Virus record (IMG/VR): IMGVR_UViG_3300020047_005892
Strand: one strand, 5' to 3'
Length of the DNA: 44,977 bases
Source of the DNA: a virus
The translations under genes were made by a program, and so were the position numbers. The notes beneath the pieces were generated by a model, which saw nothing but the letters and a program-made list of their open reading frames with translations, had not been told where the DNA came from and ran no database searches. Positions 14,035 to 22,101 of this stretch are shown piece by piece (within the stretch, counting starts at the first letter, position 1; each line of letters opens with the position of its first letter).

Positions 14035-14183
14035 TGTGTTACCTCCCCAGGTTCTTTGGCGGAAAAACTTATTCCGCCTTGCTTAGTCCCTAAGTGGAAC
14101 GCGAGCGCGGCGCATGTTGCGTAATGTTTTCCGAGTCGTTCGATCCTTCTCTCTGCCTTTGTTTGCTTCTTCTGTTTTTCCAT
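14031..14183 (-). CDS. Hypothetical basic protein (50 aa)
   Basis: The internal ATG (MEKQKKQTKAERR...) is preceded by GGAGG. Confidence 0.5.
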   Translation of the reverse strand: MEKQKKQTKAERRIERLGKHYATCAALAFHLGTKQGGISFSAKEPGEVTQ

Positions 14184-14254
14184 GGTCTTTGACCTCCATT
14201 TGTTTACGTCTAAAGTGTGCGCCGGTGATACCGTGCTGCTCCGGCGGCTTGGTG

Positions 14255-14446
14255 CTACAGCAAAACCTCGTTGCACTTCTTCTTGGCTGTCTCAAGATCC
14301 GTCGTGATGTAGATCTCAGGCAAGTACATCATCGAATCATCGTCACGCAAAACAACCGCATAGCCTCGGTCACATGAACGCGCCTCAGCTGTTATACCCG
14401 TTACCTTGTTTGTCACGCTGAACACTGGCGGCACGCGCAACGTCAC
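14255..14446 (-). CDS. Hypothetical protein (GTG start)
   Basis: 63-aa ORF with a GTGA overlap. Confidence 0.5.
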   Translation of the reverse strand: MTLRVPPVFSVTNKVTGITAEARSCDRGYAVVLRDDDSMMYLPEIYITTDLETAKKKCNEVLL

Positions 14447-14613
14447 TTTGACACCTCTTGCCAGTCTCCGGCGCCGTCCATGTCCGCGCCCACTCCCGTA
14501 TCACTGATATCCTCGGCAAGCTGTAACTGTCTCAGTTCGTGCCGGGCTTCGGTCAATTGGATGCTGTTGTACGCAAGCCAGAGCGTCAAGGCCGCGATGA
14601 ATGCCCCTTTCAT
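14443..14613 (-). CDS. Hypothetical membrane-anchored protein
   Basis: The start at the ATGA overlap gives MKGAFIAALTLWLAYNSIQL... Confidence 0.5.
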   Translation of the reverse strand: MKGAFIAALTLWLAYNSIQLTEARHELRQLQLAEDISDTGVGADMDGAGDWQEVSK

Positions 14614-14852
14614 GACCGCAACCACGCTTCGGTCGATTCTGGCGCGTCCTGGCTCAATTCTGCTCGTTTCTGGCACGCCTCGAAGTTCTCAGCGCGCGCC
14701 GTAATGCTTTTCAAAGCACATACCGCACGTTCGTGCCACAGCGCGACCGTCGTTTCGTCTGTCATCCGCTTATCCCCCATTGCCTTAAGATCGCAGCTTA
14801 TTGCGTCCAGCTCTTTCGCCACGATCAACGCCGCCAACTTAAGCGGGATCAT
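14610..14852 (-). CDS. Hypothetical protein
   Basis: The start at the ATGA overlap gives MIPLKLAALIVAKELDAISCDLK... Confidence 0.5.
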   Translation of the reverse strand: MIPLKLAALIVAKELDAISCDLKAMGDKRMTDETTVALWHERAVCALKSITARAENFEACQKRAELSQDAPESTEAWLRS

Positions 14853-14932
14853 GAGTGGATCACCGCAAGGCCGAGCAATCCCATTACTGCGACACCGCCC
14901 CAAAAACTTAAAAACGCCTGTATCATTTCCAT
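14849..14932 (-). CDS. 27-aa hydrophobic peptide, paralog B (MEMIQAFLSFWGGVAVMGLLGLAVIHS)
   Basis: Preceded by GGAGGG. It is a paralog of 13513..13596. Confidence 0.55.
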   Translation of the reverse strand: MEMIQAFLSFWGGVAVMGLLGLAVIHS

Positions 14933-15002
14933 ATTTTTACCCTCCAGTTTATTCCCAACGTTCTTTGTTTCCGTCGAGGACTTATCTAGTGTACTTAATA
15001 CG

Positions 15003-15410
15003 TTACCCCAAGTCAACACCTTTTTTTCTCCACTCCCCCGCATCATCTATTATCGCTCGCTCCCAGCTAAACTCTACCCACTTCTCCAACTCCGCGCCTT
15101 CCTCAACACTCACAGCCTCGCCCATGTTCAAACGTGTATCAATATCGCGCATCCGCTTCGCCTTCTCGCTCGCACACCGCAAACACATGCGCAATCGCAT
15201 CCAACGCTCCACCGCGCCAGGCAACACCACAAACCACAGTTGGCACTCCGCGCATTGATCGCGGCCACCCCTAACTATTGCGTGCGTATATTCACGGCTC
15301 GTTGACCAACAAAATTTGCATCGCCCAACGCCTCGACGCTCGCAGTTTTGTTTCAGTTTCTCACCGCCACATTTCAAGCATTTGTTGATCGTGTAGGACC
15401 TTATTTTCAT
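15003..15410 (-). CDS. Hypothetical multi-CxxC zinc-finger protein; first gene of the minus-strand block
   Basis: 135-aa ORF with CLKCGG, CKFC, CAEC and CLRC motifs. The RBS is AAGAGGAACA. Confidence 0.65.
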   Translation of the reverse strand: MKIRSYTINKCLKCGGEKLKQNCERRGVGRCKFCWSTSREYTHAIVRGGRDQCAECQLWFVVLPGAVERWMRLRMCLRCASEKAKRMRDIDTRLNMGEAVSVEEGAELEKWVEFSWERAIIDDAGEWRKKGVDLG

Positions 15411-15599
15411 GTTTTTGTTCCTCTTGTCCCTCTTCCTAAATAACCTAACAATTCGTGGAAATCTTATATGTTATACCACCATCATGGTAGTATATGTTAT
15501 GATGGTAGCATATCTTATAAGAATCACAGAGAATGTTTAATGTTTTAGGGAGTGGAACAAGAGGAACAAGGCAAACAAACGAATATAAGGGGTTTATTT
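15411..15599. promoter_or_regulatory. Divergent control region between blocks B and C, with direct and inverted repeats
   Basis: A 13-bp perfect inverted repeat is TTGTTCCTCTTGT (15416-15428) / ACAAGAGGAACAA (15557-15569). Between them lie direct repeats TATATGTTAT (15465-15474, 15491-15500), ATGGTAG (15484-15490, 15502-15508) and ATCTTATA (15461-15468, 15512-15519). Confidence 0.5.
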
Positions 15600-15923
15600 A
15601 TGGAAAAGCTGGAATGTGGCAGATGTGGTGGTTCGTGGTCGAAGCGCGTAGACAATCCAAAAAGGTGCCCTCTGTGCACTTCGCCTTACTGGAATAGGCC
15701 GCGAGTTGGGCACGGTGTTGGCAGTCCTAGCGTTTACGAATGGGTGCCGCTTAAGGTTGGCGAGTCCGTTTCAATCCCGTTTTCGGTTGGCCCCGACGGC
15801 TTGCCGGATGACACAAAAAACAAGCGTCGCGGGTACGCTTTGACGCGTTACATGCGGATGACCGGGAAGGTGTTTTTCGCACAAGGTCGCGGCGATAAAT
15901 TATTTGTGCAACGGGTCAAATAA
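15600..15923 (+). CDS. Hypothetical zinc-ribbon protein
   Basis: ATG preceded by AAGGGG. The product begins MEKLECGRCGG...CPLC. Confidence 0.6.
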   Translation: MEKLECGRCGGSWSKRVDNPKRCPLCTSPYWNRPRVGHGVGSPSVYEWVPLKVGESVSIPFSVGPDGLPDDTKNKRRGYALTRYMRMTGKVFFAQGRGDKLFVQRVK

Positions 15924-15938
15924 GGATATATTGAGAAT

Positions 15939-16622
15939 ATGCTTGACAAGACAGAGAAAAACGAAATTCAACCGATTGACTACGATTCGAGGGCGCGCGC
16001 GCTTCTTTTGAGGCCGACCGCCGTTGATGAGATATGCGCGCACATCGCGAACGGAGGAACGATTGTAACGCTGGCGGATGTGTGGGGTGTGCGGTTCTCA
16101 GACATCAGCAATTATATGGCGTCCAAGCCGGAACTGCGTACTCGCTATGACAGGGCCCTAATTGATCGCACCGAGTGGGAATGCGAAAGGATGCTCCAAG
16201 AGCTGCGAAGCATTGCGACATGCGATATCCGGCAAGCATACGACGCGGAAGGACGTTTAAAGCCCATTCAGGATATGCCCGCAAACGTCGCTGCGGCCCT
16301 TCAGAGCGTCGAAAGTGATGAGTTGTATGATGGGACAGGTTCGGAGCGTGAAGCGGTAGGCGTGACAAAGAAGGTCAAGTTTTGGGATAAGGCGAAGGCC
16401 ATCGAGCTATTCATGAAGAAGCACGGCATGTTGGTTGACAGGCATAAGGTGGAGCATGAGATACGGCTAGAGGATCTTGTGGGGGCGGCGAACGCAGACG
16501 CAATTATTGACGTGCAGGGGGCCGAAGTTGTAGCGCAGCCTGCGCAGTTGGTAGACGAAACCAAAAGTTTGGAGCAAAAACCGGAAGAGGTGGGGGTACC
16601 CCGGGGAATTTCGGGAGTGTGA
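15939..16622 (+). CDS. terS: Terminase small subunit
   Basis: It lies upstream of terL. KFWDKAKAIELFMKKHGML is a typical small-terminase motif. Confidence 0.6.
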   Translation: MLDKTEKNEIQPIDYDSRARALLLRPTAVDEICAHIANGGTIVTLADVWGVRFSDISNYMASKPELRTRYDRALIDRTEWECERMLQELRSIATCDIRQAYDAEGRLKPIQDMPANVAAALQSVESDELYDGTGSEREAVGVTKKVKFWDKAKAIELFMKKHGMLVDRHKVEHEIRLEDLVGAANADAIIDVQGAEVVAQPAQLVDETKSLEQKPEEVGVPRGISGV

Positions 16623-16701
16623 GAGGGTCACCCCTCGCCCACCTACAAATTTTTTTCATGAAAAAGGCAAGCAACGTATTAAGTACAGTGAATACAAGGT
16701 A

Positions 16702-16923
16702 ATGGAAAAGCGTGAGGCTGAGAGAATTTTAAACCTGTCTTCAGAGCTTGGTGAACATTTTAAAGATTACTTAATTGTGGTGCGAGTAAAAGACGGATTA
16801 ATGTTCCGGATGAGTGATCGGAGTTGGGCACTTGGGGCGATGAGGTTTATAATGGACGAGATGGAGAACGGGATGGACGACATGAGGGGCGCGATGGAGT
16901 TTGAGGCGGACGACTGGGTATGA
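16702..16923 (+). CDS. Hypothetical acidic protein
   Basis: 73-aa ORF with an ATGA overlap to terL. Confidence 0.55.
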   Translation: MEKREAERILNLSSELGEHFKDYLIVVRVKDGLMFRMSDRSWALGAMRFIMDEMENGMDDMRGAMEFEADDWV

Positions 16924-18383
16924 GTGTGAACGAGGCGATTGTGGCTGAGATCCGGAAGCAGAGGGACGACCCGGCGTATTTTGTAAGGAAGCACTTCAAT
17001 GTGGAGCCTGACGCGTGGCAGTTGGAAGCACTGGAGGCGTTTGGGTCAAAGGATCCGAAGAAGCGCCGGATATCGTTACAGGCTTGCGCGGGTCCAGGTA
17101 AGTCAGCGTTTATAGCTTGGTGCATCTGGCACTTTTTGGCGACGCGTGGGGATAAGAAGGAGCATCCGAAGGGGGCTGCGGTATCGACGACATCGGATAA
17201 CCTGAAGGACAACTTGTGGCCGGAGCTATCGAAGTGGCAGAACCGGAGCCCGTTTTTGATGAAGGCGTTCATGTGGACGAAGGAGCAGATATTCGCGAGG
17301 CAGCATCCGCAGACATGGTTCTTCTCGGCGCGGTCGTGGAGCAAGAACGCGAACGAGGACGAGCAGGGGCGTACGTTGTCTGGGTTGCACTCGAAGTACG
17401 TTATGTGCGCGGTGGACGAATCGGGTGATATCCCGTTGTCGGTGCTGAAGGCGGGCGAGCAGGCGTTGGGAAACTGCGCGTGGGGCAAGATCTTGCAGGC
17501 AGGGAACCCGACATCGATGGGCGGGATGCTGTACCTGGCTGCGACACAGTTGGCTGAGCAGTGGCACATCATAAGGATTACGGGGGATCCGGAAGATCCG
17601 AAGCGGTCGCCTCGTATTGATATTGATTGGGCGAGGGAGCAGATTAAGAAGTGGGGCCGGACGGATCCGTGGGTGATGAGCTACATCCTGGGCCAGTTCC
17701 CGCCTACGTCGTCGAACGTGCTGTTTGGTCCGGACGAAGTGAGAGAAGCGATGAAGCGGCATCTGAGCGAGGACAAGTACAGCTTTGCGCAGAAACGGAT
17801 TGGGGTTGACGTTGCCCGGTTTGGAGATGATCGGACGATCCTGTTCCCGCGTCAGGGCCTGGTCGCGTTTACGCCGGTCGAGATGCGTGGCGCGCGGTCG
17901 AACGAGGTTGCGGCGCGGTTGGCTGCGGCGAAGATCAAGTGGGGCTCGGAGCTTGAGTTCGTGGACGATACGGGTGGCTACGGCGGCGGGGTAATCGACT
18001 CGGCGTTGCAGGGCGGTCTGAGCCCGATCCCGGTCAACTTCAGTGGGAAGGCAATCGATCCGAGGTACTACAACAAGCGGTCCGAGATGTGGTTCTTGAT
18101 GGCGGATTGGGTCAAGCGTGGTGGCGTGTTGCCTAACCGGGAAGGACTGGTTAAGGAGCTTTGCGCCGTGACCTATCGGTTCGAGAACGGCAAGTTTAGG
18201 GTTGAAGAGAAGGACAAGATCAAGCAGAACCTGAAGTTTTCGCCTGATGAGGCAGACGCGCTGGCGCTGACATTCGCGATGCCAGATATGCCGGGAGCGC
18301 CGCGTGACTCCTTTGACGTGCTGTTTAAGAAGCAGGGCAAGCTGGCATTCGACTACGATCCATATGAAGGGGAGCGGCCATGA
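16920..18383 (+). CDS. terL: Terminase large subunit
   Basis: 487 aa. Walker A-like CAGPGKSA, Walker B VDESGD, and a C-terminal nuclease region (GVDVARFGDD...DEADA). Confidence 0.85.
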   Translation: MSVNEAIVAEIRKQRDDPAYFVRKHFNVEPDAWQLEALEAFGSKDPKKRRISLQACAGPGKSAFIAWCIWHFLATRGDKKEHPKGAAVSTTSDNLKDNLWPELSKWQNRSPFLMKAFMWTKEQIFARQHPQTWFFSARSWSKNANEDEQGRTLSGLHSKYVMCAVDESGDIPLSVLKAGEQALGNCAWGKILQAGNPTSMGGMLYLAATQLAEQWHIIRITGDPEDPKRSPRIDIDWAREQIKKWGRTDPWVMSYILGQFPPTSSNVLFGPDEVREAMKRHLSEDKYSFAQKRIGVDVARFGDDRTILFPRQGLVAFTPVEMRGARSNEVAARLAAAKIKWGSELEFVDDTGGYGGGVIDSALQGGLSPIPVNFSGKAIDPRYYNKRSEMWFLMADWVKRGGVLPNREGLVKELCAVTYRFENGKFRVEEKDKIKQNLKFSPDEADALALTFAMPDMPGAPRDSFDVLFKKQGKLAFDYDPYEGERP

Positions 18384-18613
18384 GAGGTTGGCTGAGAACC
18401 GTTAAGTCGGACCACGACTTCGACTACAAGCACGAGACTGAGATCATCTATGAGATCGGGCCTAAGAAGCGGGAATGCTTCTACTTCGTTGAAGCCGGAT
18501 GCCCGGAATATGTCAAGCGGTTGACGACGGTTAAGTCAACGAAGATGGAAGGTGGCGTCAGACGGATAGAAACGAAGGAATCGGTCTACGAGTTAAGGCC
18601 GGTAGGAAAATAA
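18380..18613 (+). CDS. Hypothetical protein
   Basis: 77-aa ORF with an ATGA overlap. Confidence 0.55.
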   Translation: MRGWLRTVKSDHDFDYKHETEIIYEIGPKKRECFYFVEAGCPEYVKRLTTVKSTKMEGGVRRIETKESVYELRPVGK

Positions 18614-18653
18614 ACCCTATTGACGAGTTAAAGCGGTTGAATAATACTCAGGC

Positions 18654-19103
18654 GTGAAAATAGAAATTCGAGTTGCCATTGAATCTGATTTGGACTGGCT
18701 TTGCGTCGAGCTTAAAAAGTTTGACGATTTCTACGGTTCACGGAAACGGTTGTTCGAGGATGAAGCGTATGTTCGAGGTGCCTTGCTGAGCATGATTGAT
18801 AAGCACGTCTTGATCGTAGCCGAAGTAGATCGCAAGCCTGCCGGGTTTATAGGTGGCCTTGTCGGAACACATTTTTATAACCCGAACATCAAACGATTGG
18901 ACCAGATTTTCTGGTGGGTTATGCCGACGTTTCGGAATAGCCGAGTGGCGTCAACGCTGTTGAGTGAATTTATTGAATTTGGGAAAGCGCAGTTCGATTG
19001 GGTTACGTTGAACTTGTCGGTTAAGTGCGGGATTAAAGAATCGACGTTGCGCCGGATCGGATTTGAATTGGCTGACAACACATATTTACTGGAGAATGTT
19101 TAA
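18654..19103 (+). CDS. GNAT-family N-acetyltransferase (GTG start)
   Basis: 149 aa. VAEVDRKPAGFIGG...FWWVMPTFRNSRVASTLLSEFIEFGK resembles the acetyl-CoA binding core of GNAT enzymes. Confidence 0.6.
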   Translation: MKIEIRVAIESDLDWLCVELKKFDDFYGSRKRLFEDEAYVRGALLSMIDKHVLIVAEVDRKPAGFIGGLVGTHFYNPNIKRLDQIFWWVMPTFRNSRVASTLLSEFIEFGKAQFDWVTLNLSVKCGIKESTLRRIGFELADNTYLLENV

Positions 19104-19453
19104 TGGGTGGAAGCAGCAACTCACTTACCGATATCGCGCGTGTTGGAGCCGGAGTTGTTACTGGCGGTATTTCTGAACTGGCTTACTCACAATATAAGAA
19201 AGGTCAGGGAGCGAAACGTGCGGCGCGAACCATAGCCGACCAGCAGAAAGATGCGCGTCTTGCGCAGGAAACCGAGCTTGAGAAGAAACGGAAACGAGAT
19301 GCTCTATTTGCGTCGAACACAAGCCAGCTGGGACTTCGCCGCATGGCTCTCGTTAATTCAGCGAATGCGACGCGCGGCGGAACCTTTTTAACAGCCGGGG
19401 CTACGATCCCATCTGGGAATAACGTTGGTCAGAAAACCTTGCTTGGCCAGTAA
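19103..19453 (+). CDS. Hypothetical protein (possible virion or ejection protein)
   Basis: 116-aa ORF with TAATG overlaps on both sides. Confidence 0.55.
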   Translation: MGGSSNSLTDIARVGAGVVTGGISELAYSQYKKGQGAKRAARTIADQQKDARLAQETELEKKRKRDALFASNTSQLGLRRMALVNSANATRGGTFLTAGATIPSGNNVGQKTLLGQ

Positions 19454-21198
19454 TGGATAACATTACTATCGGCTCTGGATATAAGCCGGAAACGAAACGG
19501 CAGCAGTTTGAGCTATTGCGTTCCCAGCTTGATAATGAGCGGTCGTCGTTCACTTCCCATTGGCGCGAGTTGGGAGAAAACATTTTGCCGCGCCGAACAC
19601 GGTTCTCCATTTCAGACTCCAATAAAGGCGACAAGCGCAACACGAAGATTATTGACTCGACGGCGACACTTGCAGCGCGTACGCTGCGTGCCGGGATGAT
19701 GAGCGGGATAACTTCACCGGCGCGACCGTGGAAACGATTGACGACTCCGGATCCGGGCCTCGCCGAGTTTGGCCCCGTTAAGGATTGGCTGGACGAAGTT
19801 GACCGTCGGATGTCAACGATTTTCTTGAAGTCGAACCTGTACAACATCCTTCCTATAACGTACAGCGACATCGCAATTTTTGGTACTGCCGCGCAATACA
19901 TCGAAGAAGATTTTGGGAAAGCTATCCATAATTATTCGTTCCCGATTGGCAGTTATATGATTGCCAACAACAACAAGCTGAAGGTTGATGTATTCATTCG
20001 TGATTTCCGAATGACTGTTCGCCAGATTGTTCAGATGTTTGGCAAGGACGGTTCCTACTCGAACATGAGCTTGTTCGTTAAGGAGCAGTACGAGAAAGGG
20101 AATTACGAAACGTGGATTGATGTGTGTCATGTCGTCCAACCTAACCATGAATATGATCCGACAAAGCTGAATTCAAAGCACAAGAAATACGCTTCCTGTT
20201 ATTACGAGCGCGGGAACATGTCGTCGAACGGGAACAGCTATATCAATGGTCCGGATGCGGATAAGTATTTGCGTGAGAGTGGGTATGATTATTTCCCGGT
20301 GCTGGCGCCGCGATGGGAAATAACGGGCGAAGATGTTTATGGGACTTCGTGCCCTGGAATGGAAATGCTGGGCGACATTAAACAACTTCAGCTTGGCGAG
20401 AAGCGTTCGATGCAGGCCATTGAGAAGATGGTTAACCCTCCGATGGTTGGACCGACAATTTTGAGAACGCAGCCGTCGTCTATTTTGCCAGGCGGAACAA
20501 CTTGGATTGATGAGCGTGATGGGGCAGGCAAGTTCCGGGCTGCGCACGAAATAAACTTTAGTGTAAACGAGTTAGAGAATAAGCAGGAGCAGATCCGCCA
20601 ACGCATCAAGCGCGGATTCTTTGAAGACTTGTGGCTTGCGACGATGAACAGTGACCGCCGTGAAGTTACGGCTCGTGAGATTGAAGAACGTCACGAGGAA
20701 AAACTTTTGGTTTTGGGACCGGTGTTGGAACGATTGAACCAGGACTTGCTTGATCCTTTGATCGACATCACGTTCAACATTATGGTCCAACAGGAATTGA
20801 TACCGCCTCCTCCGGAAGAATTGCAGGGAACCGAGATTAAGGTTGAATACATCAGCGTAATGGCCCAGGCGCAAAAAGCGATTGGGCTGGGTGGAATGGA
20901 GCGCTTGGCGTCAACTATCGGGAACATGGTCGCGATCACGAAAGATCCTTCGATCTTGGACAAGTTTGATGCGGACCAGTTCGTTGATGAGTATGCCGAT
21001 GGACTCGGGGTCCCCCCTTCGATTATCCGCAGCGATGAAGAGGTTGCTGCGATGCGTGAAGACCGTGCCCAGCAACAGCAACAAGCGCAGGCGATGGAAG
21101 CTATCCCGGCAGCAGCGAAGAGCGCAAAAGATTTGGCTTCAGCAGACATGTCTACCGATAACGCTTTGACTCGAGTAGTCAATGCGGCTGGCGGGTAA
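19453..21198 (+). CDS. Portal (head-to-tail connector) protein, podovirus/T7-like type
   Basis: 581 aa. The call rests on its position after terL, on SHWRELGENILPRRTRF and on the overall size and pattern. Confidence 0.8.
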   Translation: MDNITIGSGYKPETKRQQFELLRSQLDNERSSFTSHWRELGENILPRRTRFSISDSNKGDKRNTKIIDSTATLAARTLRAGMMSGITSPARPWKRLTTPDPGLAEFGPVKDWLDEVDRRMSTIFLKSNLYNILPITYSDIAIFGTAAQYIEEDFGKAIHNYSFPIGSYMIANNNKLKVDVFIRDFRMTVRQIVQMFGKDGSYSNMSLFVKEQYEKGNYETWIDVCHVVQPNHEYDPTKLNSKHKKYASCYYERGNMSSNGNSYINGPDADKYLRESGYDYFPVLAPRWEITGEDVYGTSCPGMEMLGDIKQLQLGEKRSMQAIEKMVNPPMVGPTILRTQPSSILPGGTTWIDERDGAGKFRAAHEINFSVNELENKQEQIRQRIKRGFFEDLWLATMNSDRREVTAREIEERHEEKLLVLGPVLERLNQDLLDPLIDITFNIMVQQELIPPPPEELQGTEIKVEYISVMAQAQKAIGLGGMERLASTIGNMVAITKDPSILDKFDADQFVDEYADGLGVPPSIIRSDEEVAAMREDRAQQQQQAQAMEAIPAAAKSAKDLASADMSTDNALTRVVNAAGG

Positions 21199-21200
21199 GG

Positions 21201-21470
21201 ATGGCGAACACACCTGAACGTGAACTTGAGCTTTCTGATATTCGTGCTGTTCTTAAAACAGCCGAGGGACGTCGTGTCCTATGGCGATTGCTTGATATGG
21301 CTGCTCCGTTCCGTTCTATTTGGGAGCAGAGTGCGCGAATCCATTACAACGCAGGGAAACAGGATTTTGGTCATTTCATTATGAGTGAGATGGAAGAAGC
21401 CGACTTGCAATTATTTTTCAAGGCATGGACAGAAAACAAGAAGGAATTACAGGAGATGAAACATGACTGA
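21201..21470 (+). CDS. Hypothetical protein
   Basis: 89-aa ORF between the portal and scaffold genes. Confidence 0.55.
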   Translation: MANTPERELELSDIRAVLKTAEGRRVLWRLLDMAAPFRSIWEQSARIHYNAGKQDFGHFIMSEMEEADLQLFFKAWTENKKELQEMKHD

Positions 21471-22098
21471 CCAGATTGCGCCTGAACCAGTAGCAGGTAC
21501 ACCCCCTGCTGGAGAAGGTACCACCGTCGAACCGGTAGCTCAAGAAGGATCATTGCTTGGGACTGGAACGACTCAGCCAGAAGTAAAACCGGCTGGGGCC
21601 ACGGAGGAGAAACCGGTTGTACCTGAAAAGTACGACCTGAAACTCCCCAAGGACTCGCTACTCACTACGGAAGCACTTGAACGCAAAGCAGCCGATGCGA
21701 AAGCACGCGGATTGACCAACGAGCAAGCGCAGAAGGAACTGGAGAACGAGAATGCAACGATTGCAACCTACGTCGACACACAGAAGCAACAACAGGAAGC
21801 TGAATGGAAGAAGCAGAACGAAGCATGGGTCAACGAAATAAAAAGCGACAAGGAAATTGGTGGCGAAGCGTTCCCGAAGAACGTCGAGCTTGCCAAGCGT
21901 GTTGTTCAGCGTTTCGGTGACGATTCGTTCGTTAAAGAACTTGACGGGACTGGATTTGGAAATCATCCGGGCCTGGTTAGGATGTTGGTTAAATTAGGGA
22001 AGGCGATGTCAGAAGATCAGCTTGTGTTGCCGGGCAGTCAGCCCGCTGGCGCAGTGAAATCTTCTGCCGAAATCTTCTACTCAAAATCGAAGGAGTAA
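21463..22098 (+). CDS. Scaffolding protein
   Basis: 211 aa, acidic, helical and low in complexity. It sits immediately upstream of the capsid gene. Confidence 0.6.
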   Translation: MTDQIAPEPVAGTPPAGEGTTVEPVAQEGSLLGTGTTQPEVKPAGATEEKPVVPEKYDLKLPKDSLLTTEALERKAADAKARGLTNEQAQKELENENATIATYVDTQKQQQEAEWKKQNEAWVNEIKSDKEIGGEAFPKNVELAKRVVQRFGDDSFVKELDGTGFGNHPGLVRMLVKLGKAMSEDQLVLPGSQPAGAVKSSAEIFYSKSKE

Positions 22099-22101
22099 AA
22101 T

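Noticed and set aside
14539-15305. 239-aa and 190-aa + strand ORFs across the minus-strand micro-gene block.
   Set aside because: They lie antisense to a chain of coupled minus-strand genes that includes a peptide conserved in two copies. They are Ser/Pro/Arg-rich with no RBS.
16847-17762. ORFs 16847..17572 (-) and 17226..17762 (-), antisense to terL, and the + strand ORFs 17216..17428 and 17785..17994.
   Set aside because: They are shadow ORFs inside the terminase large subunit gene, with Arg/Pro-rich composition and no start context.
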